Assembly (NCBI GenBank): GCA_965247095.1
Contig: OZ251997.1
Location: forward strand, 992,001 to 1,056,000
Direction: 5' to 3'
Length of the DNA stretch: 64,000 bases
From: Candidatus Multivorans sp.
GTDB lineage: Bacteria > Acidobacteriota > Thermoanaerobaculia > Multivoradales > Multivoraceae
This document shows, piece after piece, positions 10,839 to 23,289 of the stretch. A program made the position numbers and the translations under genes. Under the pieces are notes generated by a model. It was not told the DNA's origin and made no database searches. It was given only the letters and a program-made list of their open reading frames with translations. The first letter of the stretch is position 1. Each line of letters starts with the position of its first letter.

Positions 10839-11618
10839 ATGTCGAACGTACGACTCGAAGCCGAAGGCGAGGTGGCGCGCATCACCCTCAGCAGGCGTCT
10901 CAGGGCGAACGCGCTCGATTCCGCCACAACCGTGGAGTTGCGCGACGCGGTCCGCGAGTCTGCCGCCGCGAACCCTCGTGTGCTGGTTATTGCCGGCAAC
11001 GGCGTGTTCTGCGGCGGGGCCGACATTCGCGAGATGGAGGGGCTCGACGCCGTCGGCGCCGAGCGTTTCATCCGCGGCCTGCACGAAGCGTTCCTTGCCA
11101 TCCGCGAGCATCCGGCGCCGGTGATCGCCGAAGTCCGCCGCGCGGCCCTCGGCGCGGGCCTGGAACTCCTGGTCTCGTGCGACCTGTCGGTCGCCGCCGA
11201 CGACGCGATCTTCGGCATGCCCGAGCCGCACGTGGGCCTGCCGTCGGTGATCGAGGCGGCGTTGCTGCCGGGCCTCGTCGGACTCGGCCGTGCCCGGGAG
11301 CTGCTGTTCCTGGGCGATCCGATCGACGCCGCCGAGGCGGCACGAATCGGGCTTGTGGGCGAGGTCGTAGCCGCCGAGGACCTCGAGGCGGCGGTGAACG
11401 CCAAGGTGGAGCGTTTGTTGCGCCTCAGTCCAGGCACCCTGGCGCTGCAGAAGCGGCTGATCGGCCGCTGGCTCAACCTGCCCCTGGACCAGGCTGTGGA
11501 GGCAGGCGTCGCCGCGTTCAGAGCCGTTTACGAAACCGGTGAACCGAAGCAGGCGATGGAGGAGTTCTGGCGACGTCGGTCGCGGGGCGGCGGCGGCGCT
11601 AGCCGGTCAGGCGGCTAG
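10839..11618 (+). CDS. Enoyl-CoA hydratase/isomerase family protein
   Basis: FCGGADIREM, ALGAGLELLVSCDL, FGMPE. Confidence 0.92.
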   Translation: MSNVRLEAEGEVARITLSRRLRANALDSATTVELRDAVRESAAANPRVLVIAGNGVFCGGADIREMEGLDAVGAERFIRGLHEAFLAIREHPAPVIAEVRRAALGAGLELLVSCDLSVAADDAIFGMPEPHVGLPSVIEAALLPGLVGLGRARELLFLGDPIDAAEAARIGLVGEVVAAEDLEAAVNAKVERLLRLSPGTLALQKRLIGRWLNLPLDQAVEAGVAAFRAVYETGEPKQAMEEFWRRRSRGGGGASRSGG

Positions 11619-12605
11619 CCACTGCAGACAGCCCGTCGATTCCAGCACGGCGTCGATCTGCGCCCGATCGGAGAGTTCCCCGTACTTGCGACGCAGTGCA
11701 GCAAGAGACCGGGCGTGGTACTTCTGCGGTTTCTGGGTCCAGGTCCCGCTCGCGAGGCCGACGGAGAACTCCTCCTCGCCGCCAGCGATGGCCTTGGCGT
11801 TGGCGACGCTCCAGGGGAGGAAGAGCCCGCCCACCTGTTGCTCAAGCAGGGGCATCAGCGTCGGCGCCAGGGACTCCCAGTCCTCGAAGTCGCCATTCGC
11901 GGTCGGGTCCACCAGGCGCTTGACCCATTCGACGGTGCGAGGCGCCCTCTCCTCCAGCAGAGCGCCGGGCGTCGGATCCGTCCATGCCTGGTGCATCTGG
12001 AAGCCGACGCCGAAGTCGCCGAACGCGGGCCGATTCCCGAACAGGTAGTCGCGGCCCTCGAGATGCGTCTCGATGAGGCCGACCGTGTCGAGGAACGACT
12101 GCTCGATCTGGGGGGCCGTCTGTTCGTTCGAGCCAACGAACCAGACACGGGGGACCATCCGCTCCTTGACCTGGGCGGTCATCGCCTTCAGCGTCCCCTC
12201 ATCGGCGTCGGGGTTCCTGCTCTGGGCGAGGCGCCGGGCGCCGGACTCCTGGTCCACGGGGCGGGCCCAGCGGTAGTGGAACATCCACTTGTTGCCCCAC
12301 TCGTCGCCCCACTCCTCGAGCAGCACGGAGACGAAGGCCGCGGTGGGGTCGTCGGGGTGGATCGACGGCACCGGGTACTCAGCCTCCATCGCCTCCAGGA
12401 TTGGCGTCGAGTCCTGCATGCCCCGGTCGTCGGGCGTGATAACGAGCGGCACCAGGGGCAGCTTGGCGTAGCGCCGGAACTCGTCCTGGTTGGCGGGGCC
12501 GCGGCGGCGCCACTCGTGCGGGATTCCCTTGTAACGGAAGTAGGAGCGGACCTTGACGGAGTAGGGCGAGAGTTCGGCGCCGAAGATTCGGTAGGGTCGG
12601 GCCAT
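11607..12605 (-). CDS. Glutathione S-transferase family protein
   Basis: SPYSVKVRSYFRYKGIP, VP, QDSTPI, YLFGNRPAFGDF. Confidence 0.85.
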   Translation of the reverse strand: MARPYRIFGAELSPYSVKVRSYFRYKGIPHEWRRRGPANQDEFRRYAKLPLVPLVITPDDRGMQDSTPILEAMEAEYPVPSIHPDDPTAAFVSVLLEEWGDEWGNKWMFHYRWARPVDQESGARRLAQSRNPDADEGTLKAMTAQVKERMVPRVWFVGSNEQTAPQIEQSFLDTVGLIETHLEGRDYLFGNRPAFGDFGVGFQMHQAWTDPTPGALLEERAPRTVEWVKRLVDPTANGDFEDWESLAPTLMPLLEQQVGGLFLPWSVANAKAIAGGEEEFSVGLASGTWTQKPQKYHARSLAALRRKYGELSDRAQIDAVLESTGCLQWLAA

Positions 12606-12775
12606 TGGCAGAAGCCTCCTGGAGGGGAGTCGTTGGACGGAGGCACATGCTAGGAGGCTGCGCTGCGGAACGCAACGTAGTGAGTTCGGCGGCGCAGCCT
12701 GCTGGTGAGGTGGGGGATGGGGCCAGACGCCGAGCCTGCGAGGCGTTTGGCGGCGCTAGGAGGATTCTCGGCGTC

Positions 12776-14799
12776 GTGGCAACGGCTCTTGATTTGAAAG
12801 GACGGCTGGGGAGCGTATTCGGCCACTCGGGTTTCCGCCCTCACCAGGAGGAAGTGTGCCTCCGCACCGCGGAGGGCGCCGACGGCCTGGTGGTCATGCC
12901 GACCGGCGCCGGCAAGTCGCTCTGCTACCAGCTTCCGGGCCTGCTGCGCGACGGGCCGACTCTGGTCTTTTCGCCGCTGATCGCCCTGATGGAGGATCAG
13001 ACCGCGAAGCTCCGGCAAATCGGCCTGCGTGCCGAGCGGATCCACTCGGGACGGCCGCGCCACGAGTCGCGCGAGGCCTGTCGCCTGTACCGCGACGGCG
13101 AGCTGGACTTCCTGTTCATCGCTCCGGAGCGCCTGGGCGTCCCCGGCTTCATCGAGTTCCTGGAGCGTTGCCGGCCGGCCCTGATCGCGGTCGACGAAGC
13201 GCACTGCATCTCCCAGTGGGGGCATGACTTCCGTCCCGACTACCGGCTCCTGGGGCAACGCCTGCCGCGCCTGCGCCCGGCGCCGGTGTTGGCCCTGACC
13301 GCGACCGCGACGCCGCGCATCCAGGACGACATCGCGGCGCAGCTCGATCTGCAGGGGGACGAGCGGTACATCTACGGCTTCCGGCGCGACAACCTGGCAG
13401 TGGAGGTGGTGCAGAAGCGGCCCGGGGCGCGAGCCGCGGTGGTTTCCGAGGTGTTGGGGGAGAGTGAGCGGCGGCCTGCCATCGTCTACGCGCCGACACG
13501 CAAGGAGACGGAGACTCTCGCTGGTCGGCTGGCCGACAATTTTCCGACCGCGGCGTACCACGCCGGGCTGCCGACGGCCGAGCGGGACGAGGCGCAGACC
13601 GCGTTTCTCGACGGCGAGATCGAAGTGGTGGTTGCCACCACCGCCTTCGGTATGGGGATCGACAAGCCGAACATCCGCACGGTGATTCACACCGCGATGC
13701 CGGCGACGGTGGAGGGCTACTACCAGGAGATCGGCCGCGCCGGCCGCGACGGCGAGCCGGCCCGGGCGCTGCTCCTGTACTCCTGGGCCGATCGCCGTAC
13801 CCAGGAGTTCCTGCACAAGCTCTCCTATCCGGAGATCGGCTATCTCAAGGGGCTGTACGACGCGCTGTCGGACGAGCCGCGTGACCAGGCCGATCTGCAG
13901 CGCCGCCTCCGCTTCGACGAGCAAGTCTTCGAAGCGGCTCTCGATCAACTCCGAATCCATGGCGGCGCGACCATTGGCGGTGGCTACCGCGTACGCCGCG
14001 GCGGGGACTCGTGGATGCGGACCTACCGCGTCCAGCGCCAGCACCGGCTGGACCAGATCGACGAGATGACCCGGTTCGCGGACCACCGGGGCTGCCGGAT
14101 GCTGCGCCTGGTCCGGCACTTCGGCGACCGCGCGGACAGCGACGCACTCTGCGGCGTCTGCGATGTCTGCCGGCCGGACGACTGCCTGGTGCGCCGGTTC
14201 CGCGCGCCGTTGCCCGAGGAGGTGCAGGCGATGGAGACGGTGCTGTCGCTGCTGCGCCGCCGTGAGGGCCAGGGTACGGGCCGACTGTTCCAGGAGTTCC
14301 GGTCGGTCCATGGCTCGTACGACCGTGGCGCGTTCGAGGACCTTCTCGGCGCGCTCGGGCAGGCGCGGGTGGTCTTCGTGGAGGACGACTCGTTCCAGAA
14401 GGACGGCGAGACGATCCGGTATCAGCGGGCCGGGCTGACGCCGAGCGGCCGTCGCCGCGGGATCGACCTGGCGGGGCAGGTGTTGCTGCCGGACGATCCG
14501 CCCGATGAGCCGAAGGCGCGCCGGAAGCGGAAGACCGCTACGGCGTCGGAGATCGCGGAGGCTGACGCCGACCCGGCCGTGGTTGAGGCCCTGCGCGAGT
14601 GGCGGCTGGAAGAGGCCCGGAAGAGGCGGTGGCCCGCGTACACGGTGCTTCAGAACCGCGCGCTGCTGGCCGTCGCGGCAGCGAAGCCCGGAGACCCCGA
14701 CCAGTTGCTCGCGCTTCCCGGTATCGGCGCCACAACCGTCAAGCGCTACGGCGCCGCGTTGCTGCGGATCGTGGCGGCAGCAGGGAAGGCTGAACCGAA

Positions 14800-14803
<4 letters not shown>
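12776..14803 (+). CDS. recQ: RecQ-family DNA helicase with C-terminal HRDC domain
   Basis: MPTGAGKSLCYQLP, DEAHCISQWGHDFRPDY, FGMGIDK, QEIGRAGRDG, Zn-binding C...CGVCDVC, HRDC-like LREWRLEEA..PAYTV. Confidence 0.93.
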
Positions 14804-16293
<1,490 letters not shown>

Positions 16294-16326
16294 CGGGCCG
16301 CCGGCGCACTCGGTTGATGCCGTGCC

Positions 16327-17916
16327 TCAGTTGATGCCGCGCTCCTTGCCCTCCCAGTAGGGCGCGCGCAGCTCTCGCTTGAGCACCTTCATCGCGCCGG
16401 AAAGCGGTAGCGGTTCGGCCCGGAACTCGACCGACTTGGGCGCCTTGTAGCCGGCGATCGACTCGCGGGCGTAGCTGATGATCGAGGCCGCCGTGTTCTC
16501 GTCGACTTCGACGCCTTCCTTCGGCACGACGATGGCGTGGACCTGCTCGCCCCAGACGTCGTGGGGAATGCCGATCACTGCCACCTGGCCGACCACGGGG
16601 TGGGTGGAGATCGCGCTCTCGACCTCGGCTGAATACACGTTCTCGCCGCCGGAGACGATCATGTCCTTCACTCGATCGACGAGGAAGAGGTAGCCCTCTT
16701 CGTCGAGGTAGCCGGCATCGCCGGTGTGGTACCAGCCGCCGCGGAAGGCTTCCTCGGTAGCCTCTTCCTTGTTCCAGTACTCGGTCATGTAGTTGCCGCC
16801 CCGTGCGCAGACCTCGCCGATCTCGCCGCTGGGCAGCTCGCTGCCGTCCTCGTCCTGGATCTGTAGCACGACGCCGGGCACCGAGCGCCCGACGGAACGC
16901 AGGCGGTCGCCGCCGGCCTTGTGGTCCTTGGCGTCGAGCACGGTCAGGAGCGAGGAACTCTCCGTCATGCCGTAGCCCTGCCCGATCTCCATCTCCGGGA
17001 AGAGCGTCAGCAGCCGGTTGAGCAGGGCCGCCGGCATCGGCGAGGCGCCGTAGGCCAGGCTGCGCACCGATGCGAGCTTCTCGGGCGCAAAGTCCGGGTG
17101 GCTCATCATCATGTGGATCATGGTCGGCACCATGGTCGTCGTGGTCACCTCGTACTTCTCGATCAACGCGAGTGCTATGCCGGGGTCGAACATCGGCATC
17201 AGGACCATCTTGCCGCCAAACGTCTGGGTCGCGATGACGCCGACCATGGAGGCGGCGTGGAAGATCGGCGTCTGCAGCAGCGCCGTGCCCTCGGAGAGCT
17301 GGGGAAACCGCATCACCGCGTGGTACGTGTTCAGGATCTCCGCGCGCTGGTTGCAGAGGACGCCCTTGGGCAGCCCGGTCGTACCGCCGGTGTACATCAG
17401 GACCACCGGATCGGTCTCCTCCGGCTCGCCCGGCAGCACCGGCTCACTGCCCGCGATCAGGTCCTCGTAGCGGAGGTCGCAGGGCACGTCCGTGTCGTCG
17501 CCGGGGCCGTCGATCAGCACCGTGTGCCGGATCGTGCAGTCGTCGCCGGCAAGGGCCATCGCCTGGGCGAAGGCCGGGGCGAAGGTCTTGTCCACGAAGG
17601 CGACCTCGGTGCCGGAGTCGCGGACAATGTAGTCGAGTTCCTTGCCCGCCAGGCGCAGGTTGAGTGGGTTGATCACGCCGGCGCCGAGGTAGGCGGCGTG
17701 GTACAGCTCGACGTACTGGTGGCAGGTCAGCGCCATGACCGCAAAGCGGTCGGTGCGGCCGATGCCGAGTTCGCCGGTGAGCGCGGTGCACAGGCGCATC
17801 GTGCGGTCGGCGTGCTCCCCGAAGGTCGCGCTGTAGGCGCCGTCGATGATGGACTCCTGGTTGGCCAGGTAGTTCAGGGCAGGGACGAAGAGCCGGTGGA
17901 AGATGAGTTCCTTCAT
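16327..17916 (-). CDS. Long-chain fatty acid--CoA ligase
   Basis: MYTGGTTGLPKG, QGYGMTE, YHTGDAG, DRVKDMIVSGGENV; AGGAG 9 nt before ATG 17916. Confidence 0.93.
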   Translation of the reverse strand: MKELIFHRLFVPALNYLANQESIIDGAYSATFGEHADRTMRLCTALTGELGIGRTDRFAVMALTCHQYVELYHAAYLGAGVINPLNLRLAGKELDYIVRDSGTEVAFVDKTFAPAFAQAMALAGDDCTIRHTVLIDGPGDDTDVPCDLRYEDLIAGSEPVLPGEPEETDPVVLMYTGGTTGLPKGVLCNQRAEILNTYHAVMRFPQLSEGTALLQTPIFHAASMVGVIATQTFGGKMVLMPMFDPGIALALIEKYEVTTTTMVPTMIHMMMSHPDFAPEKLASVRSLAYGASPMPAALLNRLLTLFPEMEIGQGYGMTESSSLLTVLDAKDHKAGGDRLRSVGRSVPGVVLQIQDEDGSELPSGEIGEVCARGGNYMTEYWNKEEATEEAFRGGWYHTGDAGYLDEEGYLFLVDRVKDMIVSGGENVYSAEVESAISTHPVVGQVAVIGIPHDVWGEQVHAIVVPKEGVEVDENTAASIISYARESIAGYKAPKSVEFRAEPLPLSGAMKVLKRELRAPYWEGKERGIN

Positions 17917-17962
17917 CGCGTGCAACTCCTGTTGAGCGTGTCGTTCGAGCGGTGCCTTCGAT

Positions 17963-18970
17963 TCACTGCGCCGACAGAGCCGCGATCATGTCCCGCTGCG
18001 TTCGTTCGTCGAGAAAGCGCAGGCTGGGGCTGATCCGGTCGACCACATCGCCGTAGCGGGCGAGGACGGCGGAGGCGATGCCGTCCGGCTCGCCGACGAC
18101 GGCGAAGGCGTCGAGCATCTCGTCGGTGATGAGAAGGCCCATCTCGTCCCACTGGCCCTGCTTGGACATCCGGTTCAGCTCGAGCTGCAGATCGCCCCAG
18201 CCCTCCGACTCGAGCACCGGCCGGTAGGCGGGAGTCGAGCCGTAGAACGAGATCTGCTTCTTGACCGCCTGCTTCGTCGCCTCGTAGGTCTTCTCGTCCT
18301 GACCCGAAACGATGAAGCCGGGGTAGCTGATCTGGAAGTCGGAGCGGTCGCGTCCGGCGGCGGCCAGTCCGCGCTCGATCGCCGGCAGCGTCGTGTTCCG
18401 CATGTAGGACGGGGTCGTGAACGGGTGAACGATCAGGCCGTCCGCCACTTCGCCCGCGACCTCCGTCATCAGGGGGCCGACGGCGGCCAGGAAGACTCGC
18501 GGCGGCCCGTACTCGGTGTTCGTCGGCGTGAACATCGGCGTCATCAGGGTGTGGGAGTAGAACTCGCCCTGGAAGCGCAACCGCTCTCCCTCGTACCAGT
18601 TGTCCCAGATCGCCCGCATCGCCAGGATCATCTCCTTCATGCGCTTGGCCGGGCTCGACCACGGCATGCTGAACCGCTTCGTGATGTGAGGCCTGATCTG
18701 GGACCCCAAACCGAGGATGAAGCGTCCCTTCGAGTAGGCATTCAGGTCGTGGCCTACATGGGCCAGCGTCATCGGGCTGCGTGCGAAGGCAACCGCGATC
18801 GAGGTCGTCAACTCGATCCGCTCGCTGTGTTCCGCGGCGAGCAACAGGGGGAAGAAGGGGTCGTGCGCCGTCTCCGCGGTCATCGCCGCCGCGAAGCCTC
18901 CACCTTCGAGTTCCCTTATGCGGGCCGGGACTTCGCGCAGATCGGTGGGCAGTCTGCCGTCAACCTTCAT
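17963..18970 (-). CDS. LLM-class probable F420-dependent oxidoreductase
   Basis: AETAHDPF, IAVAFARSPM, GRFILGLGSQIRPHI, FYGSTPAYRPVL. Confidence 0.88.
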   Translation of the reverse strand: MKVDGRLPTDLREVPARIRELEGGGFAAAMTAETAHDPFFPLLLAAEHSERIELTTSIAVAFARSPMTLAHVGHDLNAYSKGRFILGLGSQIRPHITKRFSMPWSSPAKRMKEMILAMRAIWDNWYEGERLRFQGEFYSHTLMTPMFTPTNTEYGPPRVFLAAVGPLMTEVAGEVADGLIVHPFTTPSYMRNTTLPAIERGLAAAGRDRSDFQISYPGFIVSGQDEKTYEATKQAVKKQISFYGSTPAYRPVLESEGWGDLQLELNRMSKQGQWDEMGLLITDEMLDAFAVVGEPDGIASAVLARYGDVVDRISPSLRFLDERTQRDMIAALSAQ

Positions 18971-19089
18971 TTCTGTCTCCAGGCTGGTTGTTCGAGGGTG
19001 GCGCGCGAGTATAGAGGAGGGAGGAAGGCTTGCTACGATCCCGGCTTTACTGCCTCGATAACCTGCCTTCCAGACCTAGGGGAGTCTCC

Positions 19090-20304
19090 ATGCATCAGGT
19101 GCTCGCCGGCGTCCGCGTTCTGGACTTCGGCCGCTACATCGCCGGACCCTTCTGCGCCGCCCTGCTCGGTGATCTCGGCGCGGACGTGATCCGTATCGAG
19201 AAGGTGCGGGGCAGCGAGGACCGCTTCATCGCCCCCGTCGCGCCGACCGGCGAAGGCGGCATGTTCCTGCAAATGAACCGGAACAAACGGTCCTTGACGC
19301 TCAATCCGACGAAGCCGGCTGGCAGGAAGATCGTCCGCAGGCTGGTGGCGACCGCCGATGTCGTCGTGGCCAACCTGCCGCCGGCGACGCTTAAGGCGAT
19401 GGGGCTCGACCTGGACAGCCTGCGCGAAGTGAAGGAGGACATCATTCTGACCACGGTTTCGGCCTACGGCCGTGGCGGTCGCTACAGCGATCGGGTGGGA
19501 TTCGACGGCATCGGCCAGGTCATGTCGGGGATTGCCTACATGACCGGCGATCCCGACCGTCCCCGGCGCGCGGCGGCGCCCTTCGTCGATTTCGGCACCG
19601 CGCTCTCCTGCGCCTACGGCACGCTGGCGGCGCTGATGGCCCGGCAGCAGACCGGCGAGGGACAGATGGTCGAGGGCGCCCTGCTGCAGACCGCCCTGAT
19701 GATGGGGAACGCGAACCTGATCGAGCAGGCGGTGATCGAGAGGAACCGGCAGCCGACCGGAAACCGGAACCAAACCTCGGCGCCGTCCGACATCTACCGG
19801 ACCGCCGACGGCTGGTTGCTGTGTTCGGTGATCGGCGAGCCCCTGTTCAGGCGCTGGGGGGATCTGATGACCGAGGACGGCCCCGCGGGGGGCGACGGGC
19901 ACAGCATCGACTGGCTGAACGATCCGCGGTTTGCCGACGATCTCGCTCGCGGCGACAACGCCGAAGCGATCGGCGCGCGGATGAACGCCTGGTGCGCCGC
20001 GCGCTCCACGGCGGACGCGGTCGAGGCGCTGAACGCGGCGATGATCCCCTCGGCGCCGGCGTATTCGATGCAGGAAGCGCTGGATGACCCCCATATCGCC
20101 GAAGTCGAGTCCTTCGTGGAGCTCGACTATCCGGGCCTGGCGCGGCCGGCGCCGGTGGCCCGCCCCTCCGTGCGCCTGACCGCCACTCCGGCCACGATCC
20201 GTCACCGTGCGCCGACGCTCGGCGAACACACGGACCAGATCCTGGGCGACCTCGGCTACAGCGGCGACGAGATCGAGGGGTTCCGGGCCGAGCGGGTGGT
20301 GTAG
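19090..20304 (+). CDS. CaiB/BaiF family III CoA-transferase
   Basis: LAGVRVLDF, AGPFCAALLGDLGADVIRIE, NRNKRSL, APTLGEHT. Confidence 0.93.
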   Translation: MHQVLAGVRVLDFGRYIAGPFCAALLGDLGADVIRIEKVRGSEDRFIAPVAPTGEGGMFLQMNRNKRSLTLNPTKPAGRKIVRRLVATADVVVANLPPATLKAMGLDLDSLREVKEDIILTTVSAYGRGGRYSDRVGFDGIGQVMSGIAYMTGDPDRPRRAAAPFVDFGTALSCAYGTLAALMARQQTGEGQMVEGALLQTALMMGNANLIEQAVIERNRQPTGNRNQTSAPSDIYRTADGWLLCSVIGEPLFRRWGDLMTEDGPAGGDGHSIDWLNDPRFADDLARGDNAEAIGARMNAWCAARSTADAVEALNAAMIPSAPAYSMQEALDDPHIAEVESFVELDYPGLARPAPVARPSVRLTATPATIRHRAPTLGEHTDQILGDLGYSGDEIEGFRAERVV

Positions 20305-20323
20305 CCGTGGCCTTGGCGTCCGA

Positions 20324-20396
20324 CCTGGGACCGCGGGCGTCTCGCCCGCATCCGGTCTGGGAACGCCGGCATCCTGCCCGCATCCGATCCGGGAAC
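20324..20396 (+). repeat. Two tandem copies plus a stub of a 32-bp REP-like repeat
   Basis: CCTGGGACCGCGGGCGTCTCGCCCGCATCCGG (20324-20355), TCTGGGAACGCCGGCATCCTGCCCGCATCCGA (20356-20387), TCCGGGAAC. Confidence 0.8.
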
Positions 20397-22325
20397 TTGG
20401 CCGGCGCCGCCGCTTTCCTCGGGTTGGTCCTGGCATTCCTGATCGCGCTCGCAGCACCGGCGGCGGCGCAGCCCCCGGCCGCCGACCTGCCGCCACCGAA
20501 CGTCTTCTGGATCTCAAGCGAAGACAACGGACCCCACCTCGGCGCCTACGGCGACGCCTACGCCACCACGCCGAATCTCGACGCGCTCGCGGCCCGAGGC
20601 CTGATCTACCGCAATGCCTGGTCGACGGTGCCGGTGTGTGCGCCGGCCCGCACCACGATCATCAGCGGCCTCTACCCGGTCTCGACCGGCGCCCAGCACA
20701 TGCGCAGCCAGTCGCGGCTGCCGGAGGGCTTCCGGTTCTTCCCGGAGCTGCTCCGCGAGGCCGGCTACTACACGACGAACAACTCGAAGCAGGACTACAA
20801 CCTCGAGAAGCCCGGCGGTGAGGGCTCCGTGTGGCACGAGACGTCGCGCGAGGCGCACTGGCGGAACCGGCCGGAGGGCGCTCCGTTCTTCGCCGTCTTC
20901 AACTTCACCGTGACCCACGAGAGCCAGATCCGGCGTCGCCCCCACACGCCGGTCCACGATCCGGCCGCGGTGCGGGTGCCCGCCTACCACCCGGACGCGC
21001 CGGAGGTGCGGCAGGACTGGGCGCAGTACTACGACAAACTGACCGAGATGGACGGCATGGCCGGTGAGCGCCTGGCCGAGGTGGAGACGGCGGGCCTGCT
21101 CGACGACACGATCGTCTTCTACTGGGGCGACCACGGCCCGGGGCTGCCGCGCGGCAAGCGCACAGCGCTCCAGACCGGGCTCGGCGTGCCGTTGATCATC
21201 TCGATTCCGGAGAAGTACCGCCACCTGGCGCCGGCGGACTACGAGCCCGGCGGCAGCACGGACCGCCTGGTCGGATTCATCGACTTCGCCCCGACGATGC
21301 TGAGCCTGGCCGGCATCGAGCCGCCGCCGCACCTGCAGGGCCGGGCCTTCCTGGGTGCCTACGAGGCGGAGGCGAACGAGGTCCTCTTCGGGTTTTCCGA
21401 CCGCATGGACGAGCGCTACGACATGGTGCGGAGCGTGCGGGACAAGCGGTACGTGTACGCCCGGAACTTCCTGATCGATCGCCCCTACGGCCAGCGTCTC
21501 TCGTACCAGATGGAGACGCCGACTACCCAGGTCTGGCTGCGGCTGTTCCAGGAGGGCAAGCTGAACGAGGCGCAGTCGGCGTTCTGGCGAGAGAAACCGA
21601 GCGAAGAGCTCTACGACCTGGAGAACGACCCGGACCAGATCCGCAACCTGGCGGCTTCACCCGAGCACGCGGCCGAGCGGGAACGTCTGGCCGGCGCCCT
21701 GCGCAGGCAACTCCTCACGATCCGCGACCTCGGCTTCCTGCCCGAAGGCGAGATGCACCGGCGCGCGGCGGCTATGGACGCCGCGCCCTGGGCCTACGGC
21801 CAGGGCGGCTACCAGGTCGAGCGGGTGCTGGCCGCCGCCGAGCTGGCCTCCGACCGGTCGGCGTGGGACGCCGCCGCCACCGACCGGCTCAAGAGGCTGC
21901 TTGGCGACCCGGACTCCGCGGTCCGCGCCTGGGCGGCGACCGGGCTGCGTGCCCGCGGCGAAGCGGCGGTGCAGCAGGCCCTCGCCGAACTCCGCGCCGC
22001 CCTCCGGGACCGATCGGCACCCGTCCGCATCTACGCCGCCGAGGCGCTGGGCCGCTTCGGGGAGGAGACGGATCGGGAGCCGGCGGTCGAGTTGCTGCTG
22101 GCCTCGGCCTCGATCGAGGAGAACGACTTCTTCGACGCTCTGCTGGCGCTCAACGCGCTGGACTACCTGGATCCGGAGCTGCTCGGCGGGCCGGAGGCGC
22201 GGGCGCAGCCTTGGCGGGATCGGCTGGCCGCCCTGCCGAGGGAACTCGACGGCCTCGACCGCCGCTTCAGGAACTACGTCCCGCGGCTTCTCGAGGCAGT
22301 CTGGCTGGATCTTCCGGATCGTTGA
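20397..22325 (+). CDS. Exported sulfatase with C-terminal HEAT-like repeats
   Basis: PNVFWISSED, TPNLD, formylglycine motif CAPART, GDHG, ELYDLENDP; signal peptide from TTG 20397 (GTG 20307 would translate the repeat). Confidence 0.9.
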   Translation: MAGAAAFLGLVLAFLIALAAPAAAQPPAADLPPPNVFWISSEDNGPHLGAYGDAYATTPNLDALAARGLIYRNAWSTVPVCAPARTTIISGLYPVSTGAQHMRSQSRLPEGFRFFPELLREAGYYTTNNSKQDYNLEKPGGEGSVWHETSREAHWRNRPEGAPFFAVFNFTVTHESQIRRRPHTPVHDPAAVRVPAYHPDAPEVRQDWAQYYDKLTEMDGMAGERLAEVETAGLLDDTIVFYWGDHGPGLPRGKRTALQTGLGVPLIISIPEKYRHLAPADYEPGGSTDRLVGFIDFAPTMLSLAGIEPPPHLQGRAFLGAYEAEANEVLFGFSDRMDERYDMVRSVRDKRYVYARNFLIDRPYGQRLSYQMETPTTQVWLRLFQEGKLNEAQSAFWREKPSEELYDLENDPDQIRNLAASPEHAAERERLAGALRRQLLTIRDLGFLPEGEMHRRAAAMDAAPWAYGQGGYQVERVLAAAELASDRSAWDAAATDRLKRLLGDPDSAVRAWAATGLRARGEAAVQQALAELRAALRDRSAPVRIYAAEALGRFGEETDREPAVELLLASASIEENDFFDALLALNALDYLDPELLGGPEARAQPWRDRLAALPRELDGLDRRFRNYVPRLLEAVWLDLPDR

Positions 22326-22364
22326 GGTTGGAGCCTAGTCGCGTTTGAGTGGGCGCCCGGATCG

Positions 22365-23207
22365 TCACGACGATCTCTCACCGTACCGTTCGTGAGCAGC
22401 CAGCAGGAATCGGATGTACTCCCGAACAAGGTGACAGAAGAGGCGGGCCTCATGGTCCTCAAGGTCCTTCGGATCGGCGATGTCCGTTCCGTGTCGAACG
22501 CCGCCGCCGGTGGGCGAGGAGAGATACCCGTACAGTTGCTCGATCCACTTGAGGACCTGCTCTAGGGTGTTGCCCCTATGAAGCTTGCGAAGGTCCTTCA
22601 CGATCCTGACAAAGTACTTGCCCTCAACGCTTCCTGAGGACGTGCCAGTTCCCTTGAACGCCGTGGACACGGTCTCCAATAACCAAAGCACTTCCTGGAC
22701 TGCTTGCTTGTTTCTTCCCTCGCTCAGAAGTCGTTCGGATTCCTTCAAAGAGTCCTGGATGACGCCGTCCGCCCGTTCGCCAATCGACTTTGCTCTCACT
22801 GGCTCAGGTGCCGTCTCCGCGCCCGAGCGAATGAGTCTTGGCGGATGAACTTCGAACCCAGTTCGGTGTTTAGCCAGCACCCGGTTCAGTGCATCCGCGT
22901 CAGGCCCAGCTGCGCCGGCCTGGCGAGCCTCGTCGCAGGCGTCCCAGAAGGCCTCGATGAAGAGCGGTGCATTCTTGGCGGCTTTGAACATCAGGTCTTC
23001 GAGGTGAGTCTTGGCCCAGCCACTGTCGGAACTCCTGAAGTACTGAACCCCGGCTGCCTGGGCGAAGTACATCTTGAACATCTCGAAGAGCTGCCAACGT
23101 TCCCCCAATTTCGCAGTGGTGCACGCGAAAGCGAAGATCTCGCGGCACGCCTCCTCTGGAACTTCGCCCGGAGAGGTGAATCGCCAAGATTCCTCGAAGT
23201 CGAGCAT
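22365..23207 (-). CDS. Hypothetical protein, AbiJ/HEPN-like C-terminus
   Basis: LYGYLSSPTGGGVRHG...EARLFCHL pattern recalls AbiJ-related proteins; AT-richer codons; start at MLDFEESW inferred. Confidence 0.55.
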   Translation of the reverse strand: MLDFEESWRFTSPGEVPEEACREIFAFACTTAKLGERWQLFEMFKMYFAQAAGVQYFRSSDSGWAKTHLEDLMFKAAKNAPLFIEAFWDACDEARQAGAAGPDADALNRVLAKHRTGFEVHPPRLIRSGAETAPEPVRAKSIGERADGVIQDSLKESERLLSEGRNKQAVQEVLWLLETVSTAFKGTGTSSGSVEGKYFVRIVKDLRKLHRGNTLEQVLKWIEQLYGYLSSPTGGGVRHGTDIADPKDLEDHEARLFCHLVREYIRFLLAAHERYGERSS

Positions 23208-23289
23208 AGGCAGCGGTTTGGGGTGGCAGTAGGTTGCGAGTGTTGGCGGCAGAGCCGCTCGGGACGCTTCGCCAGATGCCGTGACGGCG

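Noticed and set aside
20324-20396. Possible mini-CRISPR (32-bp palindromic repeats)
   Set aside because: Copies abut with no spacers, recur singly elsewhere, and no cas genes are present
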